In this document: positions 13,396 through 27,119 of the stretch, in pieces | Position numbering within the stretch: the first letter of the stretch is position 1 | Layout: each line of letters opens with the position of its first letter | Assembly: GCF_006345805.1 (NCBI RefSeq) | Contig: NC_043000.1 | Location: forward strand, 39,308,001 to 39,372,000 | Reading direction: 5' to 3' | Length of the DNA stretch: 64,000 nt | From: Octopus sinensis | Taxonomy: Eukaryota | Made by a program: the position numbers and the translations under genes | The notes under the pieces: generated by a model | What the model saw: the letters and a program-made list of their open reading frames with translations, nothing else | Databases searched by the model: none | What the model was told of the DNA's origin: nothing

Positions 13396-14829
13396 AGATT
13401 ATCAAATGTGTCTTGTAATTTCTAAGTCAACCGGATGTGGTTTCAGAGAGATTTGATTCCTTCTTCCAGCGGGTCGAGCAAACGTACTACACGTGAAGGA
13501 ATTTTTGTTGAATACCAAGTGACATCTGGCAGATGAGGCCGACTACGAAAAAATACGATTAGAATATTTTGAGTTCCGAATATGTAACAGGTAAGATTCT
13601 GATGGCATAAATCAAAATAGAGTTGTTGAAGGAAAATATATGTCGAATGTGAAAGGCGAGGTAAGATCAGAACAAGCGAAATGGAAAGAACCTGGAAAGA
13701 TCAAGACCCAAGGAAACTGAATTTTAGACAAAAAATGATTAAGTACTATAGAGAAAGAGACAGACTTCAAAAACCTTCTTAAAAAAAATTCATTTAAACA
13801 AATCCGAAATATTCGGAAAACGAAGACATTTTGAAAAACAACCGATACGTATCTAAGAAACATCTGCTTCCCCTAATTGGGACAACATATACCCTTATGT
13901 TGTTTCAATGTAAACTTTGCTGTTTTCTCTTTCAAATACCTTTACTTGCAATATTTATATTATGTTTAGATTTATTTTATCTTTCTTACATCCATTTTAT
14001 TCTTAGTCCACAACAATGAAGGGGGTTAATATCCCTCAACTTTAATTTCGGTTTTCTAACGATGTCAAACAATTCCTGATTTTTATTCTGTCGACATTAA
14101 ATATCTTAATCAAGCTCCGTAATTCATAACACACGATGTCAAATTATTCATCATAGAATTTTTAAAGAAATTACTTAAGAACATTTACATGTTCTTACAC
14201 CATGTGAACATAAATAGGATCTGAAGACAAAGTTAAGGGAAGCAGTGGATGTGCACATCTAAAGACCATGATCTACATAAAAATGTGTTGCTGGGAACAC
14301 AAATATTTCTAATATCCCAATCGGGTAATTAAATTTTCTAAAATTTTATTAAATTCAGCCTCCAGCTTCAAAGCCGAAGTAAATCTTACTTCTACCCTGA
14401 AAACGGCGGCTGGGTTTATCCAATGTTTACTTGCATCCGTTATTGTTTGCATATTCTTGTGAACTACATCTGCCAACATTATAAAGGATCTTCGAGACCC
14501 CAGAAACAGCTGTTGGACTTGTAACATCATATCTTCTCCCTTTTGATTTCTTTTGTCTTATGTACACTGAGCAAGTTTGGTCTGTTAATATACAAATGTC
14601 TGCACATATTTGCCAGAATGTTCATCGTCTGAAAAATATCAGTCTTTGGTTAGTCACTATATATATGTATAATGTATATATATTAAATGATGTATATATA
14701 TATATACCGGAGTAAACACAAATGTGAAACAAGGTGGAAAAAAAGTACTCAAATACCAGTGGTAGAGTAATATGCTTTATTTGAAGCAGCAGAAAATTCA
14801 ACAAAAGCTGTTACTCTGAGTTTAAATAA

Positions 14830-15640
<811 letters not shown>

Positions 15641-15862
15641 GTAGTAGAGTAACAGAGAAAAATGGGTAAGATAGGTTGAACAAAATGCGATTAGTTTAAC
15701 ACTGATAGAATGGGTATCATTTAATTACAACTTCTCAGACAAAGCTTCTTCTTTGGAAGAGGTTGTCGTGTTAAGAGAGAAGACAAATTGCGACAAAAAA
15801 GTTTTGAAAACAAACCCGTAAGTCTTTAGTCTTTATTTATAAGTGATGAAGTAATACATACA

Positions 15863-15894
<32 letters not shown>

Positions 15895-15927
15895 CGTGGT
15901 GGTGTATTTACTCAAAATATATATTTT

Positions 15928-15989
<62 letters not shown>

Positions 15990-17454
15990 ATGTATGGATG
16001 GATGAATGGATGGATGCATACCGATTCAGAAGAGAATCAAATCTATATGGGTTATGAAAATATATATCTAAATCTGGAGTTGCCAATTCTTACTGGATTT
16101 TTTACATAAGACAAAAACCACAGCAATACAGAAAGAAATTCCACCAAAATATTCCTTGGATACAATCCACAAGTAAAAGTGAAAGCATAATTCAAACTAA
16201 ATAGCGATTTACTTTCTAATGATATTTCTAGTCATTTTATAAATAACTCGTTCCATGTGAAATCACAAAGAAGAAGTTGGTAATTGTTCCTGTTGCATGA
16301 ATAGACGTGTTGTATAATGCCCTCCGAAAACATATTTTATAAAGTAGTCAAGTAATCCTGTCCATATATGAGATGGTGACGATAAAGCAACACGTTTGGA
16401 TTGTTGTATGAAACGCAAGTCTAATTTAATTTAAAGCAACAAAATGTTATTTATATTGTGAAAATTTGCGATGATAACACAATTTTCATAGCAGACATAC
16501 CAATTGAATATTTAAAGATTTTTTTTTTCCCTCAAAATAACTTTTGTAGTCTGTGGCATCAGCAGTGTAATGTTTGCCAGAGAGTACTTTTTGAGTACCA
16601 GTGTTCAGCTACGACATAGCGTTAATTAAACAATATCTAAACGTACACTTTTTCAATAAACACATTTTAAATTCTAAAAACATAAAAAACAAGACAGGAA
16701 TGTGATATAAATGAAATAAAGTGGAATATGAAAAAAATTAAATGAGAAAAAAGCCATTCAAATGAAGGTGAGACAAAAGTGAGAGAAAAGAGATGATGAT
16801 TAGAAGAAAAAAATGTGAAATAAGTGGAGAACAGAAAATGAGAATGTCCTTTGGAAGGTGCTAATAGCAGTAACCTTTTTGGAAGACGAAGAACCAATTT
16901 GGTCTAAATTATGGAGTGACTGTGCAGCAGCTAGTCTTGTAACCAGTTTCCTAAATCCGCACCTCGAGATAATTCGATTCAATGGTTTTGGGGTTTTTTT
17001 CATAGATATATTCTGTCCGTCTCTTGTAAAAAAAAGCTAAAAGAAAAAAGGAGATGTGATATATGAAGAGAGAAGTTACTGGCCCAATTATTTCTTTTTG
17101 CAACTGCCATAGTCATGAAAAGTTAACACGTGAGGGAAAATGCTTTGTGGTATTTCTTCCGACGCCTTAAGTTCCGGATTCAAATTCCTCGGATGCCGAC
17201 TCTGACTTTCATTCTTTCTGGATCGATAAGATAAGTTACGCATCGGGGTCTATGTAACAGACTTTACCCCTCCCCTTAAAATTTCTGGCATTGTGCCAAA
17301 ATTTGAAACATTTATAAAATATGAAGGTTGTGAATTTGAAAGATGACATGTCGACAGAGAGAAGGGAAGCTTGAGGTTTCGAGACTCTACCTTTCCGGAC
17401 CGTCAGTAGATACCCATATCTTTTTTTCTTTTTTACAATTTTTATCATTCATAC

Positions 17455-17700
17455 ATAACGACCGTGAAGTCGTTGTCCTGAGACTAATCATGAGATTGTG
17501 GTTTCGATTCTCAGACATGTCAGTGCAGTTGTATTCTTGTGTAAAACACTGTATTACCCACTACTCCACTCTACTCAGCTGTAAATGAGTTCGAGTAACC
17601 GTTGGAAAATTAACCGCGCGATGGACTGGTGGAGTGTTGTTATCTCAGTCAATGATATTCCATGGAAACTAAGTTAAACTGCAGCCTTATAAGTCCTGCC
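17455..17700 (+). mobile_element. Degenerate tRNA-derived SINE, possibly V-SINE-like (related piece at 9640-9750)
   Basis: GGTTTCGATTCTCAGAC B-box-like; CGCGATGGACTGG resembles the V-domain. Confidence 0.4.
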
Positions 17701-18014
17701 ACTCATGACTGACTTACATCCTGAGTCTATTAGATATTCCAAGTCAGATAGATATAGATATAAAACTTTCCACGAAACATTAAAGACACACAAGCACACA
17801 CAAGCACACACACACACACAAACACACACACACAAACACGCACACACATGGACAAACATATACGCACCCATCGAATGTTCCTTGCATGAAATAACACAAA
17901 CAATACGCAAGTGACAAGACTTTCTATGAACACAAAATAAAAAATGTGCGACCTTATATTAGCAACAAAGGCAATAATCGATATAATATAAAATACAACA
18001 CTAGACGCATGCGT

Positions 18015-18320
18015 AGCTACGAGGTAAGTTGCTTGCTTCCCAACCACATGGTTCCGAGTTCATTCCCACTGCATGGCATCTTGCAGGAGTGTTCTACTGT
18101 ACCCTCGGACGGATCAAAGACTTGTGAGTGGATTTTGGTAGACGGAAATTGAAAGAATCCCGTTCTGACTGTGTGGTAAGAATCTTGCTTTCCAACCACA
18201 TGGTCCCGGATTCAGTCACTCTGAGTTGTACCTGGGTCGATGTCTTCTGCCATAGCCTTGGGCCACCAAAAGCCTAGTGAGTGGATTTCGTAGATGGAAA
18301 CTGAAAGAAGCCTGTCGTAT
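18015..18320 (+). mobile_element. Two adjacent SINE family 1 heads
   Basis: GTAAGTTGCTTGCTTCCCAACCACATGGTTCC occurs twice with downstream body. Confidence 0.75.
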
Positions 18321-18324
18321 ATAT

Positions 18325-18610
18325 GTATATCGTTGTATTTCGGGATGGTCTTTTTTCTTGTTTGCCAAATAAACACATGCACTATATATTTGTTCGTTAA
18401 TTACTGTTATTATTTTTTTAAAAATTTAACTCATGTCCATTGTCCGGAAATCTTTCATCACATATCGTGTGTGCTCTCGCTCCACTGTGGAGCAAAAACA
18501 CACACAAACACGAAAAGCGTCGCTGAAGAGGTCACAGGTGTGTGACGAAAGATTTCTACACATTGGAAATATAGTGCGTGTATTTATTTGGCAAAAAAAG
18601 AGAGAGCGAG

Positions 18611-18654
<44 letters not shown>

Positions 18655-18760
18655 GGAGAGAGAGAGAAGAAATGACTATCTCGAAATACAACAATATCTG
18701 TTTCAACACACGATATCACATCAGGAATCTTGCAACACAAATTGATACACGTATATATTT
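18325..18760. mobile_element. Small repeat element with inverted ends and a hammerhead relic
   Basis: Module GTATTTCGGGATGGTC...AATAAACACATGCACTATATATTTG at 18325-18395 and its reverse complement at 18563-18740; same module at 28715 and 52660. Confidence 0.55.
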
Positions 18761-18794
18761 ATACACACACACACACGCACACACACACACACAT

Positions 18795-18844
<50 letters not shown>

Positions 18845-18852
<8 letters not shown>

Positions 18853-19198
18853 TTTTTAGAACATTTATAAATGTTTTTTTTATAAATACCTCTCATACAC
18901 TAAGACCCTCCTGGACGATGAAGAATGCCAACCCACAAGAGTTAACAAGAGAGACAGAAACAGGCAGAAACAAGGAAAATACCCCTTATATGTGAATAAT
19001 ATTTTACACATATTATTTTAAGAAAATTTTCACTTAATTTTTCCAAAATTTAATTGTTTTCCATACTTAGAGATGAAAAAGTCTCGATGTCTGAAACCGG
19101 TACTAAAATGTTTTTTATGATAAAATTGTTTTAGTATTTTATACCTTGACTCTGTTTCCTTATGTATATATATGTACATATATATATGCCTATATTAT

Positions 19199-19269
<71 letters not shown>

Positions 19270-19624
19270 TTTTTAGAACATTTATAAATGTTTTTTTTAT
19301 AAATACCTCTCATACACTAAGACCCTCCTGGACGATGAAGAATGCCAACCCACAAGAGTTAACAAGAGAGACAGAAACAGGCAGAAACAAGGAAAATACC
19401 CCTTATATGTGAATAATATTTTACACATATTATTTTAAGAAAATTTTCACTTAATTTTTCCAAAATTTAATTGTTTTCCATACTTAGAGATGAAAAAGTC
19501 TCGATGTCTGAAACCGGTACTAAAATGTTTTTTATGATAAAATTGTTTTAGTATTTTATACCTTGACTCTGTTTCCTTATGTATATATATGTACATATAT
19601 ATATGCCTATATTATATACATACA

Positions 19625-19676
<52 letters not shown>

Positions 19677-19680
19677 AATA
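18845..19680. repeat. Tandem duplication, period about 417 bp, (TA)n-bounded
   Basis: TAAGACCCTCCTGGACG at 18901 and 19318; unique parts look identical. Confidence 0.95.
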
Positions 19681-19684
19681 TATA

Positions 19685-19737
<53 letters not shown>

Positions 19738-19792
19738 GAAATATTAAAATTACTAAGTCTCTCTAAAGTGGATTACGGCAGCGTTACTGGAA

Positions 19793-20236
19793 ATTAATAG
19801 TTATCGCCATACTAATATGGCAGTCTTATAAATATAAGACTAAAGCTGTCGCTGGTTAGCTCCATGAGGCCACCGCCTCAAGCTAGCTATTTGACACACG
19901 AACCTGCGTCCATTAAAAACCTTCGAACAAGAGAGGTCAGCCGCTTCATCCTGCCAGTCAGGCAGCTACAGACGACGTTTCAGGGTTGTTGCCCCTTATC
20001 AATGCAGCGTAGTCAGACTTGCTGCATTGATAAATGGCAACAACCCTGAAACGTCGTCTGTATCTGTCTGACTGGCAGGATGAAGCGGCTGACCTCCCTT
20101 GTTCGAAGGTTTTTAATGGACGCAGGTTCGTGTGTCAAATAGCTAGCTTGAGGCGGTGGCCTCATGGAGCTAACCAGCGACAGCTTTAGTCTTATATTTA
20201 TAAGACTGCCATATCAGTATGGCGATAACTATTAAT
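19793..20236. repeat. Fold-back inverted repeat, two 216-bp arms, 12-nt spacer
   Basis: Arms 19793-20008 and 20021-20236; about 6 mismatches counted by eye. Confidence 0.95.
19965..20008 (-). ncRNA. Type I minimal hammerhead ribozyme, U3-A8 core variant
   Basis: gctgca TTGATAA gggg caacaa ccct GAAA cgtcg TC tgtagc: 6-bp stem I, 4-bp stem II, near-palindromic stem III, GUC site. Confidence 0.7.
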
Positions 20237-20790
20237 ATATATATATATAGGTGAGTTAGAAGTTATAACAAGCGTCTAAGAGATACTTGTATCCAGTGAA
20301 TCCACTAGTATATTACATATATTTAATCATGAGGATTGGTAATGATGCACGTAAGTGATAGGTAATGATAAGAATAATCTAGGGTTTATCAATACTCAAG
20401 GTAATAAGAAAATAGAAATAAAAGGAGATATTAGAGAAAATAGAGATAAAATTGGTGAATAACAATTGATTTACATCAATTATCATTTATTAATTAATTA
20501 CAAAAAGACAGTATCTCAACAGCTGTTTCCGTTAGCGTGGGTCCCAGGCTTACGACTTTCCCCCTTATATTGGAATGTACCACTAAATATTCTAACTATC
20601 CTAATTCTATTTCTTAATTGTAGTCGGTCGAATATTTTCCCAGGGGGTCAGTATGTAGCATGAATTGATTATCACCGTTCACACTCTCTCCTTTTTCTTT
20701 TTTCTTTTTCTTTTTATTGTATTTACTTTTCCGCTCTGGTGAAATTCCATGATTCATATTGGTATAATTAATTACTTACAATGATAACTA

Positions 20791-20792
<2 letters not shown>

Positions 20793-20863
<71 letters not shown>

Positions 20864-20865
20864 CA

Positions 20866-20922
<57 letters not shown>

Positions 20923-20955
20923 TATATTATTATTATATTATTATTATTATTATTA
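20793..20955. repeat. (ATT)n array at the 3' flank of the R4/Dong element
   Basis: Directly visible. Confidence 0.95.
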
Positions 20956-20959
20956 TTCT

Positions 20960-23900
20960 ATGTTTGACTTTTGCTTTATGTCTGTACAAGTTGGCTCCAA
21001 GTCTCACCCAGAGACCTCAAGAGGCAACAGGTTGAAAGTTCTGTGCCATATATTTTGGTTTTTTTTTTTTTTTGGTGTTGTACTAGTGAATGTCTAATAC
21101 ATAAAACTAAAAAAAAAATTAAAAAATTAAAAAAAAGTTTGTTTTAAACCTTGGGATTACATAGAGAGTATTTTGCGTAGGATATGAGCAGTTCCCATGA
21201 GCACTATCTTTTGAATTTCTGCCATTTTGGGGTTTCCTGGTATCTGAGTTAGGTAGCTATCATTCCCAGGGCACCTATGACAACAGGTATTGTTTTAGTC
21301 TTCAGCTTCCACATTTTGCTGATTTCTATTTCAAGATCTTTATATTTGCTCAGTTTTTGGTAGGTCTTGACAGATACGTTTATATCGATTGGGACAGTCA
21401 TATCAATGAGGAGGCATGTTCTTTGTCTGAAGTCTTTCAATATGATGTATGGCCTATTTGCATCTATCTTTCTGTCAGTTTGAATGGGGAAGTTCCAGAG
21501 GAGTGAGATGTGGTCATTTTCAAGCACTGGAGGTGGTTTGTGTTCCCACCAGTTTTTTTCATGGGGCAAATCCAGGTTTTTGCAGATTACCCAGTGAATA
21601 TATTGTGCAGCTCTGTCATGCCTGTTGAGGTACTCTGTAGGCGCTAGAAGACTGCATTTGGAGACAACATGATCAATGGTTTCATTTTGTTGTCGGCATA
21701 CACGACATGTTGGGCTACTGCCGTTCTTTAATATGTTGGCCTGGTAGTTTCTTGTTGGTAGGCATTGATCTTGAGCTGCTATGATAAACCCCTCTGTTTC
21801 AGATTTTAAGCCAGAGGCCATTAGCCATTGATGGGTCAGGGCTTTGTCAATATCTGCATTATTCGCTCTCTTTGGGTATTTGCCATAGAGAGGTTTTTCT
21901 TGCCATTTATTATTCAGAATATCTAAGGCCGCAGTTTTGTCACGGGTTTTCATGCGCTTAGCTTTTTCTGTGACTGTTTCTTGTATGTCTATCTCTAATT
22001 CCGAAATTGGTTGTATTCGGAATTCACTTAGATATTCCTTTGCCTGTTTTGTGACTGAGTATGATGCATTTGGCATGTGACTGAGTATGATGCATTGTTT
22101 TCATGTTTTGAGACAAGTTTTAACATCCAGTCCTCAGATTTTTTCAGGTAGGTGTTTAGGCCAATTGTAGCAATCTTCATTGTTATTGTCAGTTGTAAAA
22201 GACCACGGCCTCTCTCCTTTCTTGGCAGATAGAGTCGTTCTGTATCTGCCTTAGGGTGGTGCATTCTATTCATTGTCAACAGTTTCCTTATTTTTCTGTC
22301 GAGCTGACATATTTCAGTAATTGACCAGTTAACAATATTGAAACTGTAAGTCACGACTGGTATAGCTAATGCATTGATCGCTTCGATCCTGTTTCTTGCA
22401 TTCAACTCTGTCTTGAGTATTGCTCTCACTCTTCGATAGCATTCTCTCCTGATCCTTTCCTTCATCTCTGAATGCCTTATTCCGTTCCCTTCAATTACCC
22501 CTAGGTACTTGTAGCTCTCCGCTGGATCTAGTTATTTTATGACATTCTGCTGGTCAAGGGTAACGTTAGATGTTTCTGTCATTTTTCCTTTGATAAAGCT
22601 AGCTTTTGCACATTTATCGAGGCCAAATTGCATTCTGATATCGTCACTGAATTGTTTGACTATCGCTAGTAAGCCCTTGAGTTGTTGGTCATATTTTAGA
22701 AAAAGCTTTAAATCATCCATGTAAATGAGATGATTTATATTTTTATCATACTTTTTATATCCGTACTGCGCGTCATTGAGCAGCTTTGAGAGAGGTATTA
22801 AGGATAAACAAAAGAGGAGTGGTGACAGTGAGTCACCCTGGAAAATGCCACACGAAATGTTTACATCACCAGCATTTAGGGATTCATTGTCACCGTTCAG
22901 AGTTAGTGTGGTTCTCCATAATCTCATACTTACAGTCAAGAAGTTTCGCAGAGTAGGTGCTATCTTATACATTTCCAGGCATTTCCTAATCCAGCTATGT
23001 GGTAGGCTATCAAAAGCCTTTTTATAGTCTATCCAGGCTATTGATAAGTTTTTGTGTCGTTTGTGACAATCTTCTAAGATCATCTTATTGATGAGTAGTT
23101 GGTCTTTACAGCCGTAGGATCCACGTTTACATCCTTTCTGTTCATTAGGGAATATGCTGCTGTCTGTTAAAAAACTATAGGTATATTCCGTCAGGACAGA
23201 TGTTAGTGTTTTGTACATAGTTGTTAAGCGGGTTATGGGTCTATAGTTTTTTGGTTCATTTGTTTCTTCACTTTTTGGAAGCAGGAATGTTAACCCATTA
23301 ACTAGCCAAGGAGGCATGCTACTAGGGTGTTGCAAAACATCATTGTACAGTTCTGTTAGCAGTTCATGGCTCTCTGGGAAGGCATTCAGCCAGAAGTTAG
23401 GAATTTTATCCTTTCCTGGAGACTTCCATTTGCTTGACCTCCTGAGAGCAGATCTTATATCTTCTACCTTGACACCCTCCAACTTGTACTCTTCTAAGGG
23501 GTCCAGTTCTGTAGATATTCTGTCAATCCAGGGGGCCTTTTCGTTGTGTGTTTTTTCTTCTGCCCAGATTTTATTCCAAAATCCCTGCACTTCTTTTGAT
23601 GGTACAGACCTTGCAGTAAACGCTGTTTTTCCTATCTTCCTGTAAAAATTCTTGGTGTTATTTTTGAACATGTTGTCCTTGAAAAATCTAACACGCTTTT
23701 CATACCTCGCTATGCGGGCAGCTTTGGCAGATACCTTTTGTTTGATGGTTTCTATGGTGGCATCAATATCAAGTATAGTTTTCATATTGTATTTTTTCAG
23801 TAATTTTGGGGTTTTGTAGGTTTGGTAGTCTTGTGAGCCTTAAGGTTTTTCAAATATTCAATGTCAGATCTAAATATTTTAATTTGTTGTTGCAGACGAT

Positions 23901-24967
23901 CTTGCCAAGAAGGCTTTTTGTGGGAATGTTGCCGTTTTCTAATCTTTACACCACATAGGATCGTTGAGATTTTGGCGGATGCATAGTATAGGTGGTTGAG
24001 GTTTGTGATATCAACATCATTAGCTGAAATTATATCCTTAAGTGCAAGCCGGATTTTACCAATTATTTTCATGTTTTGGTTAGAGTTGCGGATTTTAGGA
24101 AGTGTATCACGTTCATCCATGCTGGTTTCTTTAATTTTCAGCCATTCAATCATGATTTTTAGCTCATGTAGTTCTGTTGGGTCAATATTTGTGTGACTTT
24201 CTTTATCTATTTGATGCTCATCTGTCTTAGTGTTTATGATTGGTTCAGGGAGTATTTCACTTTGCCTATCACTTATACTAACTCTTTCAATCCTCACTTC
24301 GTTTTTATCAGCCCTGGGCTGGTCTATAATTATTTCCTCTGTATTATCTTCTCTAGCTGCAGCTTCGTTCATTTTATCCGATATTGCTTGTCTAACTTGA
24401 TCAATCTCTACTTCAGTCAGTAATTTTTTTTTATAATGTTTCTTCTGACGTTGGCAAGTTTGTTACTGTTTATGTAGGGTTTTACTTCAGGGTATTTCTG
24501 TCTCCAGTTTAAGTATGCTTGTACAGTGCTACATTTATCTGTGGGGAAATATATGGCATGGTAGAAGGCCTCAAGAACTTCTTTATTATCTTCCCTAGAC
24601 CATTTCTCCTTCTTTTTCTTTTGATTATTTGGTGATGAGCATGGATGGCCATCTGTTGGAATATTCCGGTTGTGGGGTACGTCCAGCTCCTGTGTGTTGG
24701 GAAGATTTGATCCAGTAGCTGATTTTTCAATCAGAATTTGGTTCAATTTTCGGGTACGTGGTCTTTTGTAATCCGTGCAACGACCAATGCGGTTTATTGT
24801 TTGATTTGTTGACCTTGAAGCATGACGAGCATCCATTCTTATATTAGGAGATGGATCTGTCAGTTTAGGGTTCTCTACATGTAAGCATTGCTCATAGCGC
24901 AGCTTCTTAAGACTAGCAGATCTATATTCGTCTGTATTTTTGTTGTTGATAGTTTTATCTCCGAACA

Positions 24968-24970
<3 letters not shown>
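20960..24970 (-). mobile_element. R4/Dong-type non-LTR retrotransposon (RT + CCHC + restriction-like endonuclease), near full length
   Basis: Single disrupted ORF, both ends in (TAA)n arrays. Confidence 0.9.
21157..24968 (-). pseudogene. R4/Dong ORF with frameshifts
   Basis: N-term KWSREDNKEVLEAFY; RT NYRPIT, WIDYKKAFDS, GIFQGDSLSPLLF, YMDDLKLF; CRVC...ETIDHVVSKC; RLE ANRP(D>Y)IILKD...LIDMTVP...KYKDL...IPVVIGALG. Confidence 0.9.
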
Positions 24971-25025
<55 letters not shown>

Positions 25026-25077
25026 CATTATTATTATTATTATTATTATTATCATTATTATTATTATTATTATCATT

Positions 25078-25113
<36 letters not shown>

Positions 25114-25117
25114 GTTA

Positions 25118-25178
<61 letters not shown>

Positions 25179-25180
25179 CA
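24970..25180. repeat. (ATT)n array
   Basis: Directly visible. Confidence 0.95.
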
Positions 25181-25580
25181 CAGCTTCTAACGCTGGAGAT
25201 GTACTACAGTGTCATCTGTTCACTACCAGTGAACTAAGGTAACACCTCTTATTTTTCGAGCACCTTCCGGAGTATTCGAGCGGTTCCAAGCAGTGCTGTT
25301 TTCTCGAAGTGCGCCACCCTTATTGCAACCCCTATTTGTTCCACGGACTTCTCGAGACTTTTATTCACTGTTCACAGGGCTCCGACAATTATTTGTACCA
25401 CTGCTACCTTTTTCATCGACCACAACTACTTAAGTTCCCAAGCTCATAAACACACACATCAGCCGGCCTGAGATCCGGCAGAATGCAAATAATACCATTC
25501 TTATTCTTTGGTTTAATAGTGCCTAGGCACTGATCGCATTGCTGGTAGATGTCAGCGCACGAAACTCCCGGTCCTTGAGT
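25180..25580 (-). mobile_element. 3' end of a second R4/Dong-like element
   Basis: Minus-strand translation KKVAVVQIIVGAL...EKTALLGTARILRKVLEK followed by a short 3'UTR and (TAA)n. Confidence 0.7.
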
Positions 25581-25659
25581 CACGCCGTAACTTCAGCTGA
25601 TTGATAATAACAATCATATATAATTGTATTTCGAGTCCTGTTTTTCCAGTTTGCATAAT

Positions 25660-26060
<401 letters not shown>

Positions 26061-26257
26061 AAATATATTATAGTTTTAAGAGGTCTTGAGCCAATATGTT
26101 TCTGGGATCTGAGGATACGCCATAAAGCTAAATCCTTTCTGAACGGGAAACCTAAGGTCATCCCATGAACTGGCCTTCCCCATTTTTAATATATACTCAT
26201 CTACATCTTACAGTGTCCATCTTCTTCCGAATTTATGCTTTCGATAAACGACATATA

Positions 26258-27119
26258 TTAGGTTTGCAACTAAGTTCTCAACGTTTTTATAAATTTAAAT
26301 TTTTTAAAAGGTTTAATAAAAAAAATAGCAGCTACTTAATCAATAATGCATTCATTCTTGTTATTTACAACTTCTTCCCAACATTCAACTATATTTTCAA
26401 TACCTCGTTGGTAGAAATCACCCGATTTCGACTCGAAAAATTAATCCAACCAAGCTCTCATTTCTGCATCAGTATTAAACGAAACTCCGCGCATAGCATT
26501 TGAAAGAGATCGAAAGAGGTAGAAATCCGTTGGTGCCAAATCAGGAGAGTACAGCGAGTGTGGCAGCACTTCCTAGCCATGCGTTTGAATGGTTTCCTCG
26601 GTCATATTGGCGATATAAGGGCGGCAGAAGAACTCCATGCTGACGATTAGGTCTTTTCTCTTGAACAGCCGTTTTAAGTTGTTCCATTTGTTGAACTAAG
26701 AGTTCTGTGCTGACCATTGGGTTCCGTTCAAGCAATTCGTAATAGATAATCCCTTCTCAGTCCCACCATACGCACAACATCGTTTTACGCGGATGGAGAT
26801 CTTGCTTCACGCGCAGTGTCGCTTGTTTACCGGGGCTAAGCCATTCGTTACGCTGCTTCATATTGATGTACAGACACCATTTTTCATCGCCAGTAACGAA
26901 CCTTAAATTAAAAGAGGTGTCGAAAATGCTCGTTTTTCTTAACTTGACATTCCATTTTAATAACCTGAAAATAAACAAAAATTAACTAAAATTATCTAGA
27001 AAAAAAAAGATTCTAAAATCATTCACAGAGAATTCTCGAAAAACATAGATTCCAAAATTTAAAAGCGCAATAAATTCCAAAATTTAAAAAACGGCGCGAA
27101 CTTAGTTGCCAACCCCACA
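26258..27119 (-). mobile_element. Internally deleted mariner (DD34D-type) transposon
   Basis: Imperfect TIRs TTAGGTTTGCAACTAAGTTC / GAACTTAGTTGCCAACCCCACA with TA flanks; transposase pieces FVTGDEKWCLY, HPRKTMLCVWWD, SPDLAPTDFYLF. Confidence 0.9.

Noticed and set aside
14795-14822. CTGTTACTCTGAGTTT, the 3' half of a hammerhead on the minus strand
   Set aside because: Truncated by microsatellite; no core or stem II
20510-20560. Minus-strand hairpin plus GAAA cagctg TT gagat
   Set aside because: Convincing 3' half but no CUGANGA core upstream; cannot be called a ribozyme
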